A stretch of DNA of 64,000 bases from Thermoanaerobaculia bacterium. Its GTDB lineage: Bacteria; Acidobacteriota; Thermoanaerobaculia; Multivoradales; UBA5704. The notes under the pieces are model-generated. The model did not search any database, was not told where the DNA came from, and saw only the letters and a list, made by a program, of their open reading frames with translations. Shown one piece after another: positions 10,652 through 20,666 of this stretch. The stretch is taken from assembly GCA_035995205.1 (NCBI GenBank), contig DASYKS010000091.1, positions 2,085 to 66,084 of the forward strand. The letters run 5' to 3'. Made by a program: the position numbers and the translations under genes. Position 1 is the first letter of the stretch; the number at the start of each line of letters is the position of its first letter.

Positions 10652-11794
10652 ATGGAGAAAATCCAGGAGCCTCCGATGCGCATTGAGACCCTCGCCATTC
10701 ACGCCGGACGCCGGATCGAGCCCGCTTCCGGCGGAGTCGCCGCTTCGCTTCATCTCGCCACCACGTTCGAGCGGGCGGAGGACGGTTCCTACCCCAAAGG
10801 CCACATCTATTCGCGCGAGAGCCAGCCGAACCGCACCGACCTGGAGCATTGCCTCGCGGCGCTCGAAGGGGGAACCGAAGCCGCGGCGTTCGCCTCCGGC
10901 TCGGCGGCCACCGCGACGCTGCTTCAGGCGCTCGCCCCCGGCGACCATGTGATCGCCCCGGACGACGTGTTCTACGGCACGCGCACTCTGCTCACCGAGA
11001 CGTTCGGGGCCTGGGGCCTGGAGGCGAGCTTCGTCGACATGGCGAACCTGGATGCGATCGAACAGACGATCCGTCCGACGACGCGGCTGGTCTGGCTCGA
11101 AACCCCCTCGAACCCGCTGCTCGGCATCGCCGATGTCGGGTCGATCGCGGAACGGGCCAAGGCGCGCGGCGCGCTCACCCTGGTCGACAACACCTGGGCG
11201 ACCCCGGTGCTCCAACGACCGCTCGCCCTCGGCACGGATCTCGTCCTCCATTCGACCACCAAGTATCTCGGGGGTCACTGCGACGTCCTCGGCGGCGCGC
11301 TCGTCGCCCGCGAGGAGAATTCGCTGTTCGCGCGGGTCCGCCGGCTCCAGGCGAGCGCCGGGGCGGGCGCTTCGGCGTTCGACAGTTGGCTGGTGCTCCG
11401 TGGCATCCGCACCCTGCCGGCCCGAATGCGGGTCCAGGGCGAGAACGCGGCCCGGCTCGCCGCGTTCTTGGCCGCGCATGCGGGGGTCGAGAAAGTCTTC
11501 TTCCCCGGCCTTCCCGAGCATCCCGGTCATGAGATCGCGAAGCGCCAAATGTCCGGCTGGGGCGGCATGCTCTCGTTCGTCGTGCCTGGCGGGCGGGCGC
11601 GCGCTTTCGAGGTCGCGTCGAAGGTGCGGGTCTTCACCCGGGCGACCAGCCTGGGCGGAGTCGAGAGTCTGATCGAGCACCGCGCCTCGGTCGAGGGGGC
11701 CAACACCCGGGCGCCCGAAGGGCTGCTGCGCGTCTCGGTCGGCCTGGAGCATCCGGACGACCTGATCGAGGATCTCGCGCAGGCGCTCAAGTAG
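10652..11794 (+). CDS. PLP-dependent cystathionine gamma-synthase / Cys-Met metabolism family enzyme
   Basis: MRIETLAIHAG...HSTTKYLGGHCDVLGG contains the PLP-lysine motif STTKYL. Confidence 0.85.
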   Translation: MEKIQEPPMRIETLAIHAGRRIEPASGGVAASLHLATTFERAEDGSYPKGHIYSRESQPNRTDLEHCLAALEGGTEAAAFASGSAATATLLQALAPGDHVIAPDDVFYGTRTLLTETFGAWGLEASFVDMANLDAIEQTIRPTTRLVWLETPSNPLLGIADVGSIAERAKARGALTLVDNTWATPVLQRPLALGTDLVLHSTTKYLGGHCDVLGGALVAREENSLFARVRRLQASAGAGASAFDSWLVLRGIRTLPARMRVQGENAARLAAFLAAHAGVEKVFFPGLPEHPGHEIAKRQMSGWGGMLSFVVPGGRARAFEVASKVRVFTRATSLGGVESLIEHRASVEGANTRAPEGLLRVSVGLEHPDDLIEDLAQALK

Positions 11795-11940
11795 GGCGGT
11801 AGCGGTTTCGTTTGCCTCCTCGCTCCTTCGGGCGCCTTCGGCAGCAGCCAGTCGCTGCGGGGCAAACGAAACCACCACCTCTGGGACACGCCGGGCGAAA
11901 CAACTCCGCTTCGGGCTCGTAGGGGCTTCTCAGGAAGTCT

Positions 11941-14400
11941 TTGTTTGCTCCGGATTCCGAGGAGGATCGCCCCGTGAACAGCCTGTTGCGCGAAATCCGT
12001 TACGCCCTCGGGATGCTGGGCAAGAGTCCCGCCACGACGATCGCAGCCATCGCCTGCATCGGTCTCGGGATCGGCGCCACGACGACCATCTTCAGCGTGG
12101 TCAACGCGATCCTGCTCCGGCCGTTTCCGTTCGCCGATCCCGATCGCATCCTCGCCATCCATTCGAACCAGCCTCAGAACGACATCGAGCACGCCTCGCT
12201 CTCGTATCCCGCCTACCGCGAGCTGGTCGACCGGGCCGGCAAGACAGGCGCTTTTTCCGAGGTTGCCGCTTACACCATGCGGAGCTTGACCCTCACCGGC
12301 AAAGAAGAGCCGGAACGGGTCGTCGGTCTCGAAATGTCGGCCAACCTGTTTTCTCTGCTCGGCGTCGAACCGGTGCTCGGCCGGCTGTTCCGTCCGGACG
12401 AAGACCAGCCCGGAGCGCCGGGATCGATTCTGCTTTCGCACGACCTCTGGCTGCGCCGCTTCGGCGGCGATCCGAAGGTCGTCGGGACTTCGATCCTGGT
12501 CAACAATCGCGCTTCGACCATCGTGGGCGTGATGCCGCCCCGCTTCCTGTTTCCCGAACGCAACTTGGCCTGGGTGCCCTTGGCGCTCGACCATCACGAC
12601 GACCCGCGAACCGAGCGTACCCTCGGGATCCTCGCCCGCCTGAGCCCCAACGCTACCGAGGGACAGGCGCGCGCCGAGATCGAGAGTTTCGCCGCCAAGC
12701 TCGCCACCGATCATCCGGAGGAGAAGGGCTGGGGGGCCGAGGTTCGCACGCTCCGGCGCGACATGGTCGGCGAAGGCATGAACCGGATGGTGCTCACGCT
12801 GATGGGCATGGTCCTGTTCGTCCTGCTGATCGCCTGCGCCAACGTGGCGAACCTGTTCCTCTCCCGGGTGAGCGCCCGGGGCCGGGAGCTTGCGGTGCGC
12901 GCGGCGATCGGCGCGGGGCGCCATCGCTTGGTGCGCGGAGTGCTGATCGAGAGCGTGCTGGTGGGGTTGGGCGGCGGCCTGCTCGGGGTGGGGCTGGCGC
13001 AGTTCGGCGTCCGCTGGATGATGTCTTCGATTCCGGCGGACAACCAGCCGCCGTTCTGGATTCATGTCGTGATCGACGGCCCGGTCCTCGCGTTCACCGC
13101 CATCGCCGCAATCGGTACGGGCATCCTGTTCGGCCTCGCCCCGGCGTTCCAGGCGACCGGCAAGAATCTGCAAGGGGTGCTCAAGTCGGGCGGGCGCTCG
13201 GAGGCTGGCGGACGATCCTGGTTGCGCGGCGCCTTGGTGGTCTTCGAGCTTGCGCTTGCGCTCGTCCTCCTGGTCGGCGCGGCCCTGATGATGCGCAGCT
13301 TCTTCGCGGTTCAGCACGCGGACCCGGGTTTCGACCTGGAACGGGTGATGACGCTGCGCATCTACCTGCCCGGAGAAACCTACGCCGAGCCCGCCGCCAA
13401 AGGACGCCGCGTCGAGGAGATCGTGAGCCGGCTCGAATCCCTCCCGGGGGTCGAGGCGGTCGCGGCCTCGAACTTGATCCCGCTCGGCGGCGGGGGCGGC
13501 GGCGGCGCGATCGAGATCGCCGGCCATCCCGCGGAGCCGGGCCAGGAGCCCCGCACCTATTGGGCTGGCGTCACCGCCCATTTCTTCGACGCGGTGGGCG
13601 TCAAGCTGGAAGCGGGACGAACGTTCACCGACTCCGAGGGCGCGGCGAAGGCGCCGCTCGCGGTGATCAACCAGGCGTTCGCCAAGAAGCGCTGGCCGAA
13701 ACAGAACCCGATCGGGCAGCGCTTCCGGCTGCTGGAGGAAGAGGGCCAGCCATGGGTCACGGTGGTCGGCCTGGTCCCCGATTTTCACTACGACGGCTTC
13801 GACACCGAGCACGAAGGAGTCGAGACGGCCGCGTTCCTCCCCTATGTCTGGAACGCCACTCCGAACACCGGCTTCTCGATTCGGACCAGCGGCCCGCCCG
13901 AGATGGTGACGCTCGCCGCGCGCCGGGAAATTCGAGCGGCCGACCCGGGCCTGCCGGTGTTCGACGTCCAGAGCCTCCCCAATCTGTTCAACGCGCGAAT
14001 CTGGGATCAACGTTTCTTCGGCGGCATGTTCTCGGTCTTCGCGGGCATCGCGCTCGCCCTCGCCGCGATCGGCGTCTACGGCGTGCTCTCCTATCTGGTC
14101 GGCCAACGCCGGAGGGAGATCGGAGTCCGGGTGGCGCTCGGCGCGCGCCGCAATCAGGTGCTGAGGCTCGTCGTCGGCCAAGGGACCAAGCTCGCGCTGC
14201 TCGGCCTCGCGATCGGTATTCCCTTGGCCCTCGGCCTGTCGCGCGTCCTCTCGAAGATCCTCTACGGCGTCGAGCCGTACGATCCGGTCTCGTTCGCGAC
14301 GATCTCGATCCTCCTAGCGGGCGTTGCGATCCTGGCGAGCTACCTGCCCGCGACCCGCGCCACGCAGGTCGATCCGGTGGAGGCGCTACGGAGCGAGTAG
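11941..14400 (+). CDS. ADOP family ABC transporter permease (MacB-like, duplicated FtsX domains)
   Basis: 819 aa. N-terminus LREIRYALGMLGKSP. Two TM blocks each followed by a large periplasmic domain. C-terminus VDPVEALRSE is typical. The start may instead be the GTG at 11974. Confidence 0.85.
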   Translation: MFAPDSEEDRPVNSLLREIRYALGMLGKSPATTIAAIACIGLGIGATTTIFSVVNAILLRPFPFADPDRILAIHSNQPQNDIEHASLSYPAYRELVDRAGKTGAFSEVAAYTMRSLTLTGKEEPERVVGLEMSANLFSLLGVEPVLGRLFRPDEDQPGAPGSILLSHDLWLRRFGGDPKVVGTSILVNNRASTIVGVMPPRFLFPERNLAWVPLALDHHDDPRTERTLGILARLSPNATEGQARAEIESFAAKLATDHPEEKGWGAEVRTLRRDMVGEGMNRMVLTLMGMVLFVLLIACANVANLFLSRVSARGRELAVRAAIGAGRHRLVRGVLIESVLVGLGGGLLGVGLAQFGVRWMMSSIPADNQPPFWIHVVIDGPVLAFTAIAAIGTGILFGLAPAFQATGKNLQGVLKSGGRSEAGGRSWLRGALVVFELALALVLLVGAALMMRSFFAVQHADPGFDLERVMTLRIYLPGETYAEPAAKGRRVEEIVSRLESLPGVEAVAASNLIPLGGGGGGGAIEIAGHPAEPGQEPRTYWAGVTAHFFDAVGVKLEAGRTFTDSEGAAKAPLAVINQAFAKKRWPKQNPIGQRFRLLEEEGQPWVTVVGLVPDFHYDGFDTEHEGVETAAFLPYVWNATPNTGFSIRTSGPPEMVTLAARREIRAADPGLPVFDVQSLPNLFNARIWDQRFFGGMFSVFAGIALALAAIGVYGVLSYLVGQRRREIGVRVALGARRNQVLRLVVGQGTKLALLGLAIGIPLALGLSRVLSKILYGVEPYDPVSFATISILLAGVAILASYLPATRATQVDPVEALRSE

Positions 14401-14494
14401 GGAAGTCTCGTAGTTCGAGGAATAACCGCGTTGCAGAGCAGTAGTCGAGGTGGGGTGAGGAGCCCCGCCTCGGTTTCGAGTTGGCGCCGAAGCT

Positions 14495-14515
14495 ATACTT
14501 GACACGTCAACCATT
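14495..14515 (+). promoter_or_regulatory. Inverted repeat TTGAC-ac-GTCAA overlapping a TTGACA -35-like hexamer upstream of the MarR gene. Candidate autoregulatory operator.
   Basis: Sequence cttgacacgtcaaccattgatc read directly. A 5-2-5 palindrome. Confidence 0.3.
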
Positions 14516-14534
14516 GATCTGCAATGATCCGCCC

Positions 14535-15008
14535 GTGAACGAGAGTGTGCTCCAGCGGGAAATCCGCCAGAACCGGCCGTTTCGCTCGCTTGCCCAGGAA
14601 GCCATGCTCGGATTGATGCGAACGACCGACCTGGTTCGCCGCACGTTCGGCCGCGTGCTGGAGAGGCAGGGAATCACCCTGCAGCAGTACAACGTTCTCC
14701 GGATTCTGCGCGGAGCGGGCGATTCCGGCCTGCCGACCCTGGAGATCGGGTCGCGGATGATCGAGGAGTCGCCGGGCATCACGCGCCTGATCGACCGGTT
14801 GGAAGCGAAGGCTTGGGTGCGCCGCGAGCGCTGCCCGCACGACCGGCGGCAGGTTCTCTGCTGGATCACCGCCTCGGGGCTCGCACTGCTCGACTCGCTC
14901 GAAGAACCGATGGCCGAGGCGGACGATCGCGCTCTTTCCATGCTTTCCGCCGAAGACAAAAGCCACCTGATTCGGCTGCTCGACGCCATCCGTGCCGACA
15001 GCCGGTGA
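14535..15008 (+). CDS. MarR family transcriptional regulator
   Basis: LAQEAMLGLMRTTDL...LQQYNVLRILRGAGDSGLPTLEIGSRM...HDRRQVLCWITASG. Likely GTG start at 14535. The track ORF reads through the promoter region. Confidence 0.75.
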   Translation: MNESVLQREIRQNRPFRSLAQEAMLGLMRTTDLVRRTFGRVLERQGITLQQYNVLRILRGAGDSGLPTLEIGSRMIEESPGITRLIDRLEAKAWVRRERCPHDRRQVLCWITASGLALLDSLEEPMAEADDRALSMLSAEDKSHLIRLLDAIRADSR

Positions 15009-15047
15009 AATGACCGACCCCAAAGACGCAAACCTCTAGACCAGGAG

Positions 15048-15659
15048 ATGGACATGAAGAAGCTTCTCGCAGCCGTGGCACTTACCCTGCTCGCCGCCGG
15101 AATCCCGGCCTTGGCCGCCGATACCTACAGCGTGGACAAGAACCACTCGGAGGTCAGCTTCCGGATCAAGCACCTGCTCGGCAAAGTCCCGGGACGATTC
15201 GACGATTTCTCGGGCACGATCCAGTTCGACGCCGCGAAGCCGGCCAACTCGTCGGTCGAGTTCGCGATCAAGGCGACCAGCATCGACACCGGCAACGGCG
15301 ATCGGGACAACCACCTCCGCACTCCCGATTTCTTCGACGTCGCGAAGTTCCCCGAGATCACCTTCAAGAGCACGGCGGTCAAAGAGGTGGCCAAGAACCG
15401 CTACCAGGTCACCGGCGCCTTCACCCTGCACGGCGTGACCAAGACGATCACCCTGCCGATCGAGTACCTGGGAGAAGCGAAAATGGGCGAGAACGTCAAG
15501 GCCGGCTTTTCGACCGAGACGATCATCAACCGCAAGGACTACGGCATCGTCTGGAACAAGGATCTCGACAGCGGCGGCACGCTGCTCGGCGAGGAAGTCG
15601 AGATCTCGATCAACATCGAAGCCGGCAAGGCGAAGCCGGCCGAAGCGGCGAAGAAGTAA
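15048..15659 (+). CDS. YceI family periplasmic protein
   Basis: Signal peptide MKKLLAAVALTLLAAGIPALA. SVDKNHSEVSFRIKHLLGKVPGRFDDFSG is a YceI signature. AGGAG RBS. Confidence 0.85.
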   Translation: MDMKKLLAAVALTLLAAGIPALAADTYSVDKNHSEVSFRIKHLLGKVPGRFDDFSGTIQFDAAKPANSSVEFAIKATSIDTGNGDRDNHLRTPDFFDVAKFPEITFKSTAVKEVAKNRYQVTGAFTLHGVTKTITLPIEYLGEAKMGENVKAGFSTETIINRKDYGIVWNKDLDSGGTLLGEEVEISINIEAGKAKPAEAAKK

Positions 15660-15685
15660 GCTTCCCCAAAGTGCCGTAAACGACG

Positions 15686-15710
15686 AGAGGCGCCCGCGGG
15701 CGCCTCTTTT
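15686..15710 (+). terminator. Rho-independent terminator after the yceI-like gene
   Basis: Perfect GC hairpin GAGGCGCCCGCGGGCGCCTC followed by TTTT. Confidence 0.6.
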
Positions 15711-15745
15711 GCCTTCCGTCGAGATTGGGGAGTTACCCGTCCGAG

Positions 15746-17430
<1,685 letters not shown>

Positions 17431-17431
<1 letters not shown>

Positions 17432-17967
17432 CAGAGCTTGAGCACCATTTTGGTCATGTCGTGCTGATTGCCGTCCGGGTCGGTGCCGTAGCCGGGGACG
17501 ACAAAGCTCCGGAAGCCGAGGCCTTCGAGGGTCTGGACCGCGTCGGCTTCGAGATCGGAGATCAGCATGCAGGTAAGGTGGCGCAGGCCGTTGCCCCGGG
17601 CGATGCGAATGAAGTCGTTGACCAGGACGGTGCCGAGGCCATGGCCGCGGTGCTCGGGGTCGATCAACCACTTGATCCGGCCGACCAGGCGTAAGGGTCC
17701 GCCGTCGCGAAAATGGAGCGTCGCGTCGGCGACGATCTTCTGGCCGTCGAACGCGAGAATCGGTAAGACCTTCGAGTAGTCGAGCTCGGTCGCCCAACGC
17801 TCGACCAAAGCCCGGCTGTCGATCCGGTCCCAGGCAAAACGGCGGACGTCGACCGGAAGCCGCTGAAAGAATTGAAACAAGGCCTCCGCATCGCCCGCCT
17901 TGAACAGGCGTAAGAGCAGGCGTGTGCCGTTGCGCAGCACGACCTCCTGAGGAAACGTTTCCGACAT
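17431..17967 (-). CDS. GNAT family N-acetyltransferase
   Basis: [14 protein letters not shown]...[22 protein letters not shown] is an acetyl-CoA-binding motif. Its stop overlaps the ettA start by 1 nt. Confidence 0.75.
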
Positions 17968-18104
17968 GTCACCCCTCCTTGGGACAGACCCACAATGGCT
18001 TATTGCGAGCGTAACACAGGGATTGGGAGCCCGAGCCGAGGGGGGACCTCGCCCCTCCGGCCGCCCTTCGGCTAAACTCCGCTTGCGTTCATCGAGAAAC
18101 AACT

Positions 18105-20654
18105 ATGAGCCTGCCCCGAGCGCCCCGCGAGATCGCTGACCGCTACCGCCTGGAGAGAATCCTCAAGTCGGGTCCTCAAACGACCCTGCTCCGCGCCATC
18201 GACACCGAGGCCGGACGCCCGGTGGTGGTCAAGCTGCTCAATCCGGGCTCCGATCCGGCCGGTCTCGACCGCTTCGCGACGTTCGCCACGGCGGTCGAAT
18301 CGATCGAAACGCCGACGATTCCGCAAGTCGGGGACTGGGGATTCACCACCGACGGATTCGCGTTCCTGGCCCTCGAGCTGATCGACGGCCGCAGCTTCGC
18401 CGGGCTCGCCGGCACCTCGCACCGGCGGATCGTCTCGCTCGCGGCGCAGGCCCTCGGCGGCCTCGAAGCGCTCGCCGCATGCGGCGTGGCGCACGGCAAC
18501 CTGTCGCCGGAGAACCTGCTGGTCGAGATCCCGCCGGGCGCCTCCGGCCAGCGCCTGCGGCTCGCCGGTCTGGGCACCGCCTGTTTCCGGCGCGCCGGCG
18601 TAGTCGACACCTCGCCGGGCGCACGCTTTCGGGCTCCCGAGGAGGTCGCCGGGGGGCTGCCGTCCCTCCGCGGTGACCTGTTCGGCCTGGCGCGCTCGCT
18701 CGCCGAGGTGCTGGGCGCGGAGATCTCCGAGCCCGAAGGCCCGGCCCCCCGGGTGACGCTGCCGTTCAGCTTCGAGATCGAGCGGACCGACGTGCTGCAG
18801 AACATTCTCGCGACCTGTCTGCGGGCCAATCCCGCAGAGCGTCCCGGCTCGGCCGACGAGGTCCGCCGCGCGCTCCGGCTGGCGTTGGGCAAAGGCTTCG
18901 AGCCCGAGCCGGCCTGGACGCCGCGACCCCGGCCGCAACCCAAGCCGCAGGCGAACCCGCAAGCCGACCTCGCCGAGCCGATCGTGCCGCCCGAGCCTCT
19001 GTTGTCGGCATTCGAGGCCGAAACGGACACCGAGTCGCTGCTCGACAAGACCCAGCCGGTCGAAGCCCGGCCGCTGCCGGAGCCGCAGCCCGCGCTTCAG
19101 CCCTTGGCGGTTCCGAGCCCGATGCCCGCGCCGGCTTCGCCTCCGGCCGTTCGGCCCGCACCCCCCCCCCTACCGCCGCCCATGGCGAGCGAGCCGCTCT
19201 CCCTGACGCCTCAGGCGCCCGGTCCGGCGTCCGGCGACGGAGGCGAAGCCCCGGCGGGCAGCCTGCTTTCCGACATCGACTTCGAGAGTTTGGGTCCGCC
19301 GGCAGCGCTGGGCAACTACACCCCCGCTCCGGCCCCGATCCCGGCCGCGGTTGTGACGGCGGCCGCCACGGCGAGCCCCGCCGCCCCGCCGCAGACGGGG
19401 GGGCCGTTCCGTTCCGCCGCGGTTGCCGAGAAGGCGAAGCTCACGGTTCCGCGTTGGGCCTGGGCGGCGGGCGGCGCCGCGGTTCTGCTCGCGGGGGGCC
19501 TCTTCGCCTGGCGATCGCTGCCGAATTCCCAGCCCCCGCAACCGGCGACCTCCGCCGCTCCGATCACCCCTCAGGAACCGGCGAAGGAACCCGCCGCGGT
19601 CCGGCTGGAAGCGGCGATACGCGCATTCGTCGAACGCGACGACTACGGCCAAGCCAACGAGCTGGTGGCATCGCTCGACACGGCCGACCAGGCCTCGCTT
19701 GGTGCGGCAGGTTGTCGCGAGCTGCAAGTGCTGGCCGAGTCCATTCCATTGTTCGCAGCCAAACAGCTTCCGGACGATTTGAAGAGCGGTCTCGAAACCG
19801 GGAGCATCGAGCTGTTGCGGCGCATCCTCGCCGCCGTGCCCGACCCGGCCGCGCTTCCCGATGCCGGTCCGGCGTTCGCCGCCGACGTCGCCCGGGCGCG
19901 CGAGATCGTCCGCATGTTTTCCGAAGTGGAGGCGGCTTCGAAAGCGGGTCGATCCGCGGAGGTGCTCGAACGGTTTGCCCCGCTCGCCGTGCTGCTTCCG
20001 GCCGACAGCCCCGCGTTCGGCCTGCGCCAGCGGGCGGCGGAGGCGATCGAGCGGGAAGCCGAGAAACACGCCGAAAACGGCGAATACCCGCAAGCGCAGG
20101 CGGATCTATCCCCGCTGTTCAACCAGTGGCCGAACCGCGCGGGTTTGCGCGAGCGGGCGGCCGGCTATCAAAAGGCGCAGAGCCTGGAGGCGGGCCAGGC
20201 AGCTTTTCTCGCCAACGTGCCGCGCTACCTCGCGCGCCGCCGGCCGGATGAGGGACTGGTGGAGCTGCGCAAGTTTGCCCCCACACCCCACCTCGCGGCG
20301 CGCTTCGCCGAGTCCGAGAAAAAGCTGACCGACCTGCTCACCCGGCTCGATGCCAGCCCGCCGGTGGTCGAGCCCTCCGGCGGCTCCGACACCCGCTTCT
20401 TCCGCGGCACGGTGGCCAACGTCGGGTTTCACGTCACGGACGACTTCCGGATCGCCAACGTCGAGATCTTCGCCGGCAAGCGCCGTTTGAAGGCAGAAAA
20501 GATCGGCCTGCGCTACGAGGTCGAGATCCCGCCGAGCCTCCACCACAACGAGGCGATCGAGGTCGTCGCCGTGGCGACCGATTTCTCCGGCCACGAGGCG
20601 CGAGCTTCGGTTCGCCTTACACGCGTCGGCGCCACCGAGCGCCTGGTGCGTTAG
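18105..20654 (+). CDS. Membrane-anchored Ser/Thr-kinase-like protein, predicted pseudokinase, with Pro-rich linker and large C-terminal extracytoplasmic region
   Basis: The kinase fold is recognisable (VVVKLL lysine, APEEV), but the catalytic loop reads HGNLSPEN instead of HRDLKPEN and DFG is replaced by GLG. Then a ~250-aa Pro/Ala-rich segment, TM helix WAWAAGGAAVLLAGGLFAW, and a ~370-aa C-terminal domain. Confidence 0.7.
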   Translation: MSLPRAPREIADRYRLERILKSGPQTTLLRAIDTEAGRPVVVKLLNPGSDPAGLDRFATFATAVESIETPTIPQVGDWGFTTDGFAFLALELIDGRSFAGLAGTSHRRIVSLAAQALGGLEALAACGVAHGNLSPENLLVEIPPGASGQRLRLAGLGTACFRRAGVVDTSPGARFRAPEEVAGGLPSLRGDLFGLARSLAEVLGAEISEPEGPAPRVTLPFSFEIERTDVLQNILATCLRANPAERPGSADEVRRALRLALGKGFEPEPAWTPRPRPQPKPQANPQADLAEPIVPPEPLLSAFEAETDTESLLDKTQPVEARPLPEPQPALQPLAVPSPMPAPASPPAVRPAPPPLPPPMASEPLSLTPQAPGPASGDGGEAPAGSLLSDIDFESLGPPAALGNYTPAPAPIPAAVVTAAATASPAAPPQTGGPFRSAAVAEKAKLTVPRWAWAAGGAAVLLAGGLFAWRSLPNSQPPQPATSAAPITPQEPAKEPAAVRLEAAIRAFVERDDYGQANELVASLDTADQASLGAAGCRELQVLAESIPLFAAKQLPDDLKSGLETGSIELLRRILAAVPDPAALPDAGPAFAADVARAREIVRMFSEVEAASKAGRSAEVLERFAPLAVLLPADSPAFGLRQRAAEAIEREAEKHAENGEYPQAQADLSPLFNQWPNRAGLRERAAGYQKAQSLEAGQAAFLANVPRYLARRRPDEGLVELRKFAPTPHLAARFAESEKKLTDLLTRLDASPPVVEPSGGSDTRFFRGTVANVGFHVTDDFRIANVEIFAGKRRLKAEKIGLRYEVEIPPSLHHNEAIEVVAVATDFSGHEARASVRLTRVGATERLVR

Positions 20655-20666
20655 AAGCGTTCGCCG

